DNA of 45,779 bases from Candidatus Rifleibacteriota bacterium (GTDB taxonomy: Bacteria; Muiribacteriota; Ozemobacteria; Ozemobacterales; Ozemobacteraceae). The stretch is taken from contig JBNJGH010000017.1 of assembly GCA_051747585.1 (NCBI GenBank), forward strand, positions 1-45,779, written 5' to 3'. The stretch's first letter is position 1; each line of letters begins with the position of its first letter. The notes beneath the pieces were generated by a model that was not told where the DNA came from, did not search any database, and saw only the letters and a program-made list of their open reading frames with translations. Shown here one piece after another: positions 19,212 to 27,750 of the stretch. A program made the position numbers and the translations under genes.

Positions 19212-19937
19212 ATGTATCGTTTAGTTATTGTAGCAATTACACTTTTCCTGCTTGTTTTATCTTTAAATACCGTTCATGCATCTTCACCTGAAGGCAGGCT
19301 TTCTCTGGGTTATACTGATACCAGCGGCAATACAGATGAGGAGCAACTCAATTTTGATTTTAATTTAAAAGAAAAGAAAAATGAGAGACTTAATTTTCTT
19401 TATAACGGTCTTTTTTATTATGGCAAAACAAACAATGAAATTACCGCCGACAAAAAGCAACTAGGTGTTATAAGTGAATTTGTTCAGGATAAATTTAATT
19501 CCTACTATCTCGAAACCGGTTATTTAAAAGATACCTTTGCCGGTTACGATAGCCGATACAATGCCGGTCTTGGTTATTATAGAATATTAATAGCCCGGGA
19601 TGACATGAATTTGAGAGCTGCAGCTGGTATCGAAATAACCAGAGAAGACTATACTGACAATTCATCAAATACCAAAAGGTGGCTTAAATTTAGGCTAAAT
19701 GGCGATAGAAACATAGGCGAGAATATAAAACTTCTGAGTTCAGTAAATTTTGGTGCTCCAAAAAATGATTATGACGAAAGATATGAAGTTGATTTTTCTG
19801 CAGGAGCCCTATTTTCAGTTAACAGCCGAATAGATCTGGAAACCAGATACATTAGAAACTATCGCAGATCTCCTTTAGTTGCAGGTAAAGAAAAAACCGA
19901 TTCAAAATTCATAACTAATCTGGTTTATAAAATGTAA
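19212..19937 (+). CDS. DUF481/YdiY-like outer-membrane beta-barrel protein
   Basis: Signal peptide, LGYTDTSGNT, alternating beta-strands, DTFAGYDSRYNAGLGY, C-terminal LVYKM. Confidence 0.8.
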   Translation: MYRLVIVAITLFLLVLSLNTVHASSPEGRLSLGYTDTSGNTDEEQLNFDFNLKEKKNERLNFLYNGLFYYGKTNNEITADKKQLGVISEFVQDKFNSYYLETGYLKDTFAGYDSRYNAGLGYYRILIARDDMNLRAAAGIEITREDYTDNSSNTKRWLKFRLNGDRNIGENIKLLSSVNFGAPKNDYDERYEVDFSAGALFSVNSRIDLETRYIRNYRRSPLVAGKEKTDSKFITNLVYKM

Positions 19938-19939
19938 TT

Positions 19940-20614
19940 TTAAGGAATTATAGCAACGGGAGTTCCTGTAGCAAGAATCCAGTATATTTCTTCCAGATGG
20001 TGGTTATGCATTGCTATGCTGCCATCTTCTGTCCAGTTTGATTCAGCTCCAAAGCCATGTATTCCCAAAGGACCACCCAATGCAGTTGTTTGAGGTGGAA
20101 CCAGATGTTTATTCCAGGCTTCAACTATTTTCTTCTCTTCTCCGGGTTTTAAAATTTGTTGAACAGAACCTCTTTTTGCATCATCCGGGGCGGGATAATT
20201 GATTTGTAGAAATAAATGAAATTTATAAGAATCATCCTTTCTACAGACATAATATAAGCCTTCGGGTGTTTTGCCGTCGTTTCTTTTCAATTTTATTCCG
20301 CCTGGTTTCTTTCCCAGTCCGATGGGGTAGGTTGCCAGAATTAAATTATCCGAAATAACGGCCAGTTCCCGGCTTCGTTTTTTTATTATTATTTCGGGGG
20401 CAATATCTTTTAAATCAAACCCAAACTTGCTGATTTTATTCTTGAATCGTTTTGGTCCTGATTCTTCGCCGCGAATGTCAGAAAGCTTTTGAAGCTCTTT
20501 GTAAACAAAAGAACGGGCAGGAGTAAATATGATCAGAGAAAATGAAACCAGCGAGACCAGTACAAAACAATAAAAAAATAAATCACCGATTATTCTTCCC
20601 GCATGTGCTTTCAT
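19940..20614 (-). CDS. YkuD/L,D-transpeptidase-fold protein (YafK/DpaA-like) lacking the catalytic Cys
   Basis: N-terminal TM helix; YPIGLG, DGKTPEGLY, FLQINYP, GGPLGIHG; WTEDGSIA in place of WTxGCIA. Confidence 0.8.
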   Translation of the reverse strand: MKAHAGRIIGDLFFYCFVLVSLVSFSLIIFTPARSFVYKELQKLSDIRGEESGPKRFKNKISKFGFDLKDIAPEIIIKKRSRELAVISDNLILATYPIGLGKKPGGIKLKRNDGKTPEGLYYVCRKDDSYKFHLFLQINYPAPDDAKRGSVQQILKPGEEKKIVEAWNKHLVPPQTTALGGPLGIHGFGAESNWTEDGSIAMHNHHLEEIYWILATGTPVAIIP

Positions 20615-20615
20615 A

Positions 20616-21203
20616 TCAGACCAGATACCCCAGGTATGCTACAACAAGATAACGTAAAGTTCTGCTTATCCAGCTTGCCAGAACAACCTTAACCAATGAC
20701 ATGTTATAAATGCCACCAATCCAGCATACTGCCGAATATGGCACAGGAGAAACGCCGGCAACGAAAATTGCCAGAGCTCCATGATCTCTAAAAAGATTTC
20801 GACCTCTTCTCAAAAGCTTGGGTCCGAAAAGGCGACGAAAGCGCCAGGGACCGAATAACCTGCCAAGATAATACCCGGTCATTCCGCCCATTCCACTAGA
20901 AAGCCCGGCTACCAAGGCAGTTTTAACCAGGTGGGACCCGCCGAAAACCGAACCGAAAACCAGTACGTCGGCAGGTATTGGTTGAATAATAACATCTGCA
21001 GCCCAGCATAAAAAAAACAGGGCCGGATAGCCAAAATTATTAACTGCGCCCTCTGCTGCGGCTTTAATTGGTTCCCTGTATTTTAAAAACACAAAAAATA
21101 TAGCAACCAGACCGGCCGCAAACGCATAAACGGAATATTTTGCCGAATCTCCAGAAAACAACAGGGCAAAAAGGTCGCTTTTTTTTCTTTTATGTGAGCT
21201 CAT
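20616..21203 (-). CDS. DedA/VTT (YqaA-like) membrane protein
   Basis: IQPIPADVL, GGMTGYYLGR, AGVSPVPYS, SRTLRY. Confidence 0.85.
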   Translation of the reverse strand: MSSHKRKKSDLFALLFSGDSAKYSVYAFAAGLVAIFFVFLKYREPIKAAAEGAVNNFGYPALFFLCWAADVIIQPIPADVLVFGSVFGGSHLVKTALVAGLSSGMGGMTGYYLGRLFGPWRFRRLFGPKLLRRGRNLFRDHGALAIFVAGVSPVPYSAVCWIGGIYNMSLVKVVLASWISRTLRYLVVAYLGYLV

Positions 21204-21285
21204 TTAAAAGAGTAATTCTTTCATAGATACTAATTAAATTCTTTAACTACTTTCGTGCTAATGCTCAGTTTTTTTAAGCAAAACT

Positions 21286-21325
21286 AAAAAAAAACAGAGC
21301 CTGAACTAAAATTTCAGACCCTGTT
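21286..21325 (-). terminator. Intrinsic terminator
   Basis: Minus-strand stem AACAGGGTCTGAA / TTCAGGCTCTGTT with G-U pairs, followed by a long U tract. Confidence 0.7.
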
Positions 21326-21341
21326 ATTTATCAATTCTATT

Positions 21342-22010
21342 TTATAGTTCTACTAAAGTTTTTTGTGCAGTTTTTGTGAGTGACTTGATCTTTTTGTTTT
21401 CAGGATTGTGATTGGCAATAAAATTAAGTTTTGGTAGTAATCTTCTTAAAACAGGTTTGAAGTTTTCTGTGCCTTTGTCGTTTTTATATTTTTTCAGATA
21501 AGTTAAAAGAACTCTTACTCTTACGTAATATTTGTCTTCTATATCTTCAATAAGCATGTCAGCAATTGTATCCTGGACAAAAGAGAGAAATTTTCTGTTT
21601 TTAAGATGTCTTAACCCAACGACATTTGAAGCAAAGCTTGATTTGCCGGTAATTTTAATACTTACATGGGTCAAAATACGACCTTTTGAATCTCTTAGAA
21701 CCAACCTGGTTTTGCCATTTTTCCAATTTTCGACATTACCTTTGGCGTGAGTTATGAAATGACCCTTTGGATCTCTGACAACCCATTTGGATTTTCCGCC
21801 CCAGGCTTCGAGTCGACCGATGTTCCAGGTAACAAATTTACCTTCATCATCTCTAACTACAAATTTAATACCCTGATTTTTCCATACTTCATAAGCTCTG
21901 GTTAAATCAGTTACAACCTCATCAGCTCTTACAGCCGAAAACGCTGAACCAGACTGAAAAAGAAGAGCCACAAAAAGAGCGAAAACCATTAGTTTATTTA
22001 TTAATTTCAT
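21342..22010 (-). CDS. Secreted hypothetical protein with three ~27-aa repeats
   Basis: GGAGG before the ATG at 22010; signal peptide ending AFS-A; VVRDDEGKF / VVRDPKGHF / VLRDSKGRI repeats. Confidence 0.8.
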   Translation of the reverse strand: MKLINKLMVFALFVALLFQSGSAFSAVRADEVVTDLTRAYEVWKNQGIKFVVRDDEGKFVTWNIGRLEAWGGKSKWVVRDPKGHFITHAKGNVENWKNGKTRLVLRDSKGRILTHVSIKITGKSSFASNVVGLRHLKNRKFLSFVQDTIADMLIEDIEDKYYVRVRVLLTYLKKYKNDKGTENFKPVLRRLLPKLNFIANHNPENKKIKSLTKTAQKTLVEL

Positions 22011-22093
22011 AAAAACCTCCAAGCTTGCTTTCAGCAATTCTACCACAAAATTAAAAAGCTGCAAAGATTTTACCCTTCTAATAGGATATTATT

Positions 22094-22102
22094 TGCTATA
22101 AT
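22094..22102 (+). promoter_or_regulatory. Extended -10 element
   Basis: TGCTATAAT about 40 bp upstream of the ATG at 22142. Confidence 0.5.
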
Positions 22103-22141
22103 GGCTTTCGAAAACTAGTCAATCAAAATTACGAGGAAAAA

Positions 22142-25100
22142 ATGCCAAACGAAGAATTACTGCAAGTTTTTAAAAAATATAAATCGGACAGCGAAATCTT
22201 TCATGATTTGATGCGTTTTAAAGTGCGCGAACTTCTGCTGGTTGCAACAGTTTTCGACGCTTATGCACTTGAACAGGACGGCCTGCTGGCAGAAAAGATT
22301 TTTGGCGAGTATTTTCATCTCAATCTTACCAACGCGCCGCGTATTACCAGTGTTACTTCAAGTGAAGAAGCCCTGGAAAAGCTTGATAAAAGAGACTTTC
22401 AACTTGTTGTCGTATTGAGTCGTCTTAATAAGCTTGAGATGATTAAAACCGGCGAAATAGTTAAGGACCGGCATCCGGATCTGCCGGTTTTACTGTTGCT
22501 TAATGACAATGCAGACCTTGAAGCTTTTGACGCAAGAGATCACTTGTGTAGATTCTACGATAATATTTTTGTCTGGAACGGGAACTCTGAAATATTTCTT
22601 GCAATGATTAAATATGTCGAAGACAGCAAGAACGCAGACCCTGATACCCAGATAGCACAGGTTCGCATTATTCTTCTGGTCGAAGACTCAATTAGATATT
22701 ATTCGCGCTACCTGCCTCATTTATATTCAGAACTTATCAGACAAACTGCCAAACTTGTAGAAGAAGAGATGCAGGAAGAAACCAAAAAGGTTCTTAAAAT
22801 GCGCTGTCGTCCAAAAATCATATTGGCAACCAACTATGAAGAGGCCTTGGAACTTTTTGATTTTTATCGCGAATACCTTTTGTGTGTAATTTCTGATGTA
22901 AAATACAATAAGGACGGTATTCTCGATGAAAAAGCCGGGCTTAAACTTGCTCATAAGCTTAAAGAACTTCAACCCGACCTGCCCATACTGCTTCAATCAT
23001 CTGAGCTCGAAATTGAAGCGGCGGCAAACAAATTAGGAGCAGCCTTTTTACATAAAGATTCTCAGTTTCTTTCAAAAAAACTGTCAAAATTCTTTTATCG
23101 CAATTTGGGTTTTGGCGATTTTGTTTTTAGAAATTCAGAAGGGAAGGAAATTACCAGAGCCCGAACCATGGCTGATTTTCGTAATTGCCTTCGCATTGTG
23201 CCTGCTGAATCAATAGAACACCATGCCAGTCGCAATCATTTTTCTACCTGGTTACTGGCGAGAGGTGAAGTGCAAACCGCCAAAGTTGTTTCAAGAATTC
23301 ATATTTCAGAATTTGACCAGGTCGAAGCTTTGCGTGATTTTTTGATTAATATGGGCAACTGGGTTTTCAGAATGAAAACCAGAGGCAAGGTTATCTCATT
23401 TGATAAATCATTTATTGGAGAAACAAGGCACCATATAAGCAAACTGGCTGAAGGCTCCATTGGCGGCAAAGCCCGTGGTATCGCATTTATGAACTATCTT
23501 TTATATAACTCAACCATGCTCGAGGCGGTACCGGACATAACGATAAAAATACCCGAAACTTTCATAATAGGGCTCGATGAATTTGCAAATTTTATTGCCA
23601 TGAATGATCTGGTTGATTTTGTTGCCTACGAAAAAGATTACGAGAAAATTAAAGAGAAATTTTTGCAAAGCCGACTTTCAGATAAAATAAAAGACCGACT
23701 CAGAATAGTTTTACAGAAAATCAACTATCCGCTGGCAATAAGGTCGAGTGGACTGCTTGAAGATTCTGTTTCCCATTCAATGTCTGGTCTTTATGAAACT
23801 TTCTTTTTACCTAACAACCATCCCGATCTTGAAATCAGACTCAAGCAAGTTGAAGAGGCTATAAAACTTGTGTATGCCTCTGTTTATTCTTCAGAAGCAC
23901 GAGAATATTTTGAGGCGATAAACTATAATATCGAAGAAGAAAAAATGGCAGTGGTTATTCAACAAATAGTTGGTCGCCAGCATGGCCAATATTTTTATCC
24001 GATGATTTCTGGAATAGGGCAGTCATTTAACTATTATCCTTTTTCTTATATCAAACCCGAAGATGGGGTGGGAATGCTGGTGCTTGGCCTTGGCAGGCAT
24101 GTTGTCGGTGGAGAAAGATCATTCAGATTTTGCCCGACATATCCCAAACTCGAAATTCTAACACCCGAAGAACTGGTTAGAAATTCGCAAAAACGTTATT
24201 ATGCGCTTGATTTGAGCAAAAATACCGTTAACCTTATTAAAGGCGAAGATGCTACTCTGGTTAAATTAGATATTGCAGATGCAGATTCCGAAGTTCTTTA
24301 CCACATCGCATCCACCTGGAACCATCTCGACCGCAGACTTGAAGTTGGTATAGACAGCAGAGGGCCCAGGGTTCTTAATTTTGCCAATATAATACAGTTT
24401 GAATCTTTTCCTCTGGCCAGGGCTATGAAGCATCTGCTTAATGTTTCTGAAGAAGCTCTCGAAACCCCCGTTGAAATTGAGTTTGCCGTTGAAATGGAAA
24501 AAGATGAGGAAGGCGAAGAGGGTGAAAAACCTGTATTTTATCTTCTTCAAATGAAGCACATGCTTAGAGAATCTGAAGAATGCACTATAGATACAAGCCG
24601 AATTGAAAACAATCAGTTGCTTTTATATGCCGACGGAGGAATGGGAAACGGAAAAATTGAACATATTTCAGACATTATCTGGATAGACCCGGATGAGTTT
24701 GATAAAAGCGAGACCGAAGCCATGGCCCGTGAAATTGAAGAGTATAACCAGAAACTAAAAGCAGAAGGCAAAAAATATCTTCTAATGGGACCCGGCAGGT
24801 GGGGTACCCGTGATCGCTGGCTTGGAATACCGATTACCTGGCCTCAGGCTTCTTTTGCCAAGGTTATTATTGAGTATTCACTCGATAACTTCAGAGTTGA
24901 TGCATCTATGGGTTCTCACTTCTTTCATAATGTTACAACCATGAATATCGGCTATTTTTCGGTCAGACAGGATGCAGGAAAAGGCTTTATAGACTGGGAA
25001 TGGCTGAGAAAACAACCAAAACTCGAAAAAAAGAAATATTTTATTCATTCCAGAGTTAACAATTCACTGGGCGTAGTAATGGATGGAAGAAAAGCGATAT

Positions 25101-25186
25101 TTATCATTTATAAAGATAACGAAGATTCTAAAGTCATTACTTCTAATGAAGTAGAAATTGAAACTTATTCAGATATGATTCTTTAA
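22142..25186 (+). CDS. Receiver-domain-fused PEP synthase/PPDK N-terminal (ATP-grasp) domain protein
   Basis: Receiver-like ILLVEDS and VISDV; GSIGGKARG, AIRSSGLLED, EKMAVVIQ, PVEIEFA, GPGRWG, GSHFFHN. Confidence 0.85.
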   Translation: MPNEELLQVFKKYKSDSEIFHDLMRFKVRELLLVATVFDAYALEQDGLLAEKIFGEYFHLNLTNAPRITSVTSSEEALEKLDKRDFQLVVVLSRLNKLEMIKTGEIVKDRHPDLPVLLLLNDNADLEAFDARDHLCRFYDNIFVWNGNSEIFLAMIKYVEDSKNADPDTQIAQVRIILLVEDSIRYYSRYLPHLYSELIRQTAKLVEEEMQEETKKVLKMRCRPKIILATNYEEALELFDFYREYLLCVISDVKYNKDGILDEKAGLKLAHKLKELQPDLPILLQSSELEIEAAANKLGAAFLHKDSQFLSKKLSKFFYRNLGFGDFVFRNSEGKEITRARTMADFRNCLRIVPAESIEHHASRNHFSTWLLARGEVQTAKVVSRIHISEFDQVEALRDFLINMGNWVFRMKTRGKVISFDKSFIGETRHHISKLAEGSIGGKARGIAFMNYLLYNSTMLEAVPDITIKIPETFIIGLDEFANFIAMNDLVDFVAYEKDYEKIKEKFLQSRLSDKIKDRLRIVLQKINYPLAIRSSGLLEDSVSHSMSGLYETFFLPNNHPDLEIRLKQVEEAIKLVYASVYSSEAREYFEAINYNIEEEKMAVVIQQIVGRQHGQYFYPMISGIGQSFNYYPFSYIKPEDGVGMLVLGLGRHVVGGERSFRFCPTYPKLEILTPEELVRNSQKRYYALDLSKNTVNLIKGEDATLVKLDIADADSEVLYHIASTWNHLDRRLEVGIDSRGPRVLNFANIIQFESFPLARAMKHLLNVSEEALETPVEIEFAVEMEKDEEGEEGEKPVFYLLQMKHMLRESEECTIDTSRIENNQLLLYADGGMGNGKIEHISDIIWIDPDEFDKSETEAMAREIEEYNQKLKAEGKKYLLMGPGRWGTRDRWLGIPITWPQASFAKVIIEYSLDNFRVDASMGSHFFHNVTTMNIGYFSVRQDAGKGFIDWEWLRKQPKLEKKKYFIHSRVNNSLGVVMDGRKAIFIIYKDNEDSKVITSNEVEIETYSDMIL

Positions 25187-25197
25187 AAGAAAAAAAT

Positions 25198-25569
25198 ATG
25201 GATAATGCTAATCTAATAATTATAATCGCAATAATTTTATTCTTTGTTCTTAAGAGGTTGGGACTTGTCAGCCCTCAAAAAGCGGCAGAATTGCTCAAAA
25301 ATGGAGCAAAAATAATCGATGTAAGAAGCCCGGGTGAGTTTAACCAGAGCAGTCTGGATGAAGCAATAAATATTCCGGTTGATGAAATAAAACAAAAGGT
25401 CGAAAAAATTATTCCCGACAAAGAAACCCCTCTGCTGATATTTTGCTTGACCGGAACACGATCGGCAATTGCGAAAAGCATTTTTAAATCCGCAGGTTAC
25501 AAAAACGTTCACAATCTGGGTTCTTACGGTCGGGCCAATAAAATATTGAATCAAATTCACAAGGAATAA
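25198..25569 (+). CDS. Membrane-anchored rhodanese-like domain protein
   Basis: N-terminal TM helix, IIDVRSPGEF, AINIP, active loop FCLTGTRS. Confidence 0.9.
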   Translation: MDNANLIIIIAIILFFVLKRLGLVSPQKAAELLKNGAKIIDVRSPGEFNQSSLDEAINIPVDEIKQKVEKIIPDKETPLLIFCLTGTRSAIAKSIFKSAGYKNVHNLGSYGRANKILNQIHKE

Positions 25570-25657
25570 TTTATAGAAAAATTCTGGATACAGAAATTAA
25601 AGTATTAAATGCTTTTAAACGAATAACAATAGACTAAAACGAGGTAATTTAATAATT

Positions 25658-26188
25658 ATGGATAAATATATAGAACTGGTTAAAACATATCCGATTTTGA
25701 CTGCAATGGTTCAGTTTGCAATACTGGGCACCTTCGGCGACATCATTTCAAAATGGATTGTGGAACGAAAAATCTCAAAACCATTTACAATAAAAGTAAT
25801 GCTTCTAAAAGCCTTAGAATGGGCATTTTTAGCCATTTTAATTAAATATGCTTTTGTGGGTTTCAAAGGCTTTGTAAAGTTGCTTGTAGCAGAGCAGTAT
25901 CTTCCCGAACTGGGCAACTTCACCAGAGCTTTTGCAATTTCCACTACCATGAACCTGCAATTCGGTTTATTACTGGTACTTATGCATCGTCTGTTAGATA
26001 ATTTAATTGCACGACAAAGCAACTGGAACAATATTGACAAAGGATTTTATTCACTGCTCTGGTTCTGGATCCCCGCCCATACAGTAACTTTTATGTTACC
26101 CAAGCATTTTCAGATAGGTCTGGCAGCTCTATGGTCGGTTATGCTTGGCATCATTCTGGGGTTTTACCAGCGAAAACCCCAGAAATAA
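25658..26188 (+). CDS. Membrane protein, Mpv17/PMP22-like
   Basis: YPILTAMVQFAILGTFGD N-terminus, FWIPAHTVTF, four hydrophobic helices. Confidence 0.6.
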   Translation: MDKYIELVKTYPILTAMVQFAILGTFGDIISKWIVERKISKPFTIKVMLLKALEWAFLAILIKYAFVGFKGFVKLLVAEQYLPELGNFTRAFAISTTMNLQFGLLLVLMHRLLDNLIARQSNWNNIDKGFYSLLWFWIPAHTVTFMLPKHFQIGLAALWSVMLGIILGFYQRKPQK

Positions 26189-26210
26189 TGCCGGCATTTA
26201 TATAAAAGGT

Positions 26211-26834
26211 TCAGGGTACGTAGTTTACATAAAGTTCGAGATCGAGAGGTTCTTTGGGGTGGGGCTGAGAATCCTGGTGGCCCAGCGCTACCATGGTTTC
26301 GAGATGAAGGTCTTTGGCATCCAGAATTTCTTCCAGTTCTTTTCTGGCAATTAATGCCCCTGAAATCCAACATGAACCAAGGCCTTCTTCGGTTGCTGCA
26401 AGTAACATATTTTGCACCAATGCACCGGTTGCCTGTAATTCGGGGTAACGGCGCCATTTATTAATCTGATCTGGGGTTACATCACCTTCTTTAAGCAGAT
26501 CATGTATTGGTGCATGGTAAGACTTGCTGAAAACCGCCAGAACTACCGGGGCATTAGCAAAAATAGTAGAAAATATTTTTACCTTTTCCAAGGTAGACTT
26601 ATTATCAGGGCTTATTTTAGAAAACATTAAATCAAGCTTTTCGTTTACCGCTGCTTTCATTTTCTGAATAACTTCGCCATTGGTAACAACACTGATAACC
26701 CATGGGCTCGAGTTGTTGGGGCTTGGTGCCGCAAGTCCTGCTTTGAGTATTTTTTCTAATACTGCCTGTCTGATTGGCTCAGGTGTAAATCGTCTTACAG
26801 TTCGGCGAGCAAACACCAGTTCAGAAAATTCCAT
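26211..26834 (-). CDS. Nitroreductase family protein
   Basis: RRTVRRF, APSPNNSSPW, VQNMLLAATEEGLGSCW; GGAGG Shine-Dalgarno. Confidence 0.9.
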   Translation of the reverse strand: MEFSELVFARRTVRRFTPEPIRQAVLEKILKAGLAAPSPNNSSPWVISVVTNGEVIQKMKAAVNEKLDLMFSKISPDNKSTLEKVKIFSTIFANAPVVLAVFSKSYHAPIHDLLKEGDVTPDQINKWRRYPELQATGALVQNMLLAATEEGLGSCWISGALIARKELEEILDAKDLHLETMVALGHQDSQPHPKEPLDLELYVNYVP

Positions 26835-26889
26835 AATTGACCCTCCACAAATTTAAAATAAAAGTTACATTAGCAATTATATAATATAC

Positions 26890-26918
26890 TTGACCTTTGC
26901 CTTTGGTAAAACTAATAT
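26890..26918 (+). promoter_or_regulatory. Putative sigma70 promoter giving a near-leaderless transcript
   Basis: TTGACC-17 bp-TAATAT ending 10 bp before the ATG at 26929; no Shine-Dalgarno visible. Confidence 0.4.
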
Positions 26919-26928
26919 TTCATTCATT

Positions 26929-27750
26929 ATGAAAATTCTTAACGAGCTTTTGCCCGGTACTCTGGTTCCATTAGATAAAGTTTTTCCCGATTTCAATCTT
27001 ATTGAGAGCGTAAAAGAATATGGAGTGCTTGTTCCCATAACACTTTGCGACGGAATAGTAATTGATGGTCATAAACGTTTGAAGGCTGCCCGACAAGCAA
27101 ATTTGCACAGTCTTACCGTTAACGAAATAAAAAGCGAAAAAATCATCAGCTTTGCTGTTCTTAACCAGCATAGAAAGCTCGAACCACTTGAAACCGCTAT
27201 CGTTTTTTCCAAACTTCAAAATATTGCCCGGAAAACAAAGTTTTTAAGTGCAGCTAACTTGTCCATATCTCCTCAGATGTCTGAAATTCTTGAATTTATA
27301 GCGCAAAATCTCGATTCTTTTCATATCGAAAATATTAACCAGATTCCTTTTAACCTGTGGCGAGAACTTGGCCATTTTGAAAATAAAACTCTTATAAGCT
27401 GGATAGTTAACTTACCCGGAACTTTTGCAAATAAACGAAACCTTGCCTCGTTAATAAAAAAAGCCCAGCGCCTTGGTAAGACTTTTTCAATTGATAAGCT
27501 TAAAGACGCAAATGAAGCCACAGAATATTTTACCAGCTTAATTCAGCCCAGGCTGACTGATACAAAAAAGAAATTTGCAGGGGCCATAAAAAATATTAAT
27601 TTTCCTTCCGGTGTAAAAGTAAAAGCAGATAAAGCTTTTGAGCGCCCCGGCCTTGAATTCAACATCCATGTAACCCGCAACAGCCTCGATCGCTTTTTCC
27701 GGGCAAAAGAAATAGCTCAGCAACTCTTTGACCAGGTAGAAGAATTGTAA
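26929..27750 (+). CDS. ParB/Srx N-terminal domain protein
   Basis: LIESVKEYGVLVPI and VIDGHKRLKAA motifs; ATG at 26929 preferred to TTG at 26890. Confidence 0.8.
   Translation: MKILNELLPGTLVPLDKVFPDFNLIESVKEYGVLVPITLCDGIVIDGHKRLKAARQANLHSLTVNEIKSEKIISFAVLNQHRKLEPLETAIVFSKLQNIARKTKFLSAANLSISPQMSEILEFIAQNLDSFHIENINQIPFNLWRELGHFENKTLISWIVNLPGTFANKRNLASLIKKAQRLGKTFSIDKLKDANEATEYFTSLIQPRLTDTKKKFAGAIKNINFPSGVKVKADKAFERPGLEFNIHVTRNSLDRFFRAKEIAQQLFDQVEEL

Noticed and set aside
22032..22044. CAGCAATTCTACC resembling another element terminus
   Set aside because: Only 10 bp match, no partner and no target duplication; could be chance in AT-rich DNA.
26890..27750. Chromosome-partitioning parB or origin region
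   Set aside because: No parA, dnaA, gidA or parS palindrome seen; the protein lacks a clear ParB HTH region and is coupled to a radical SAM gene.
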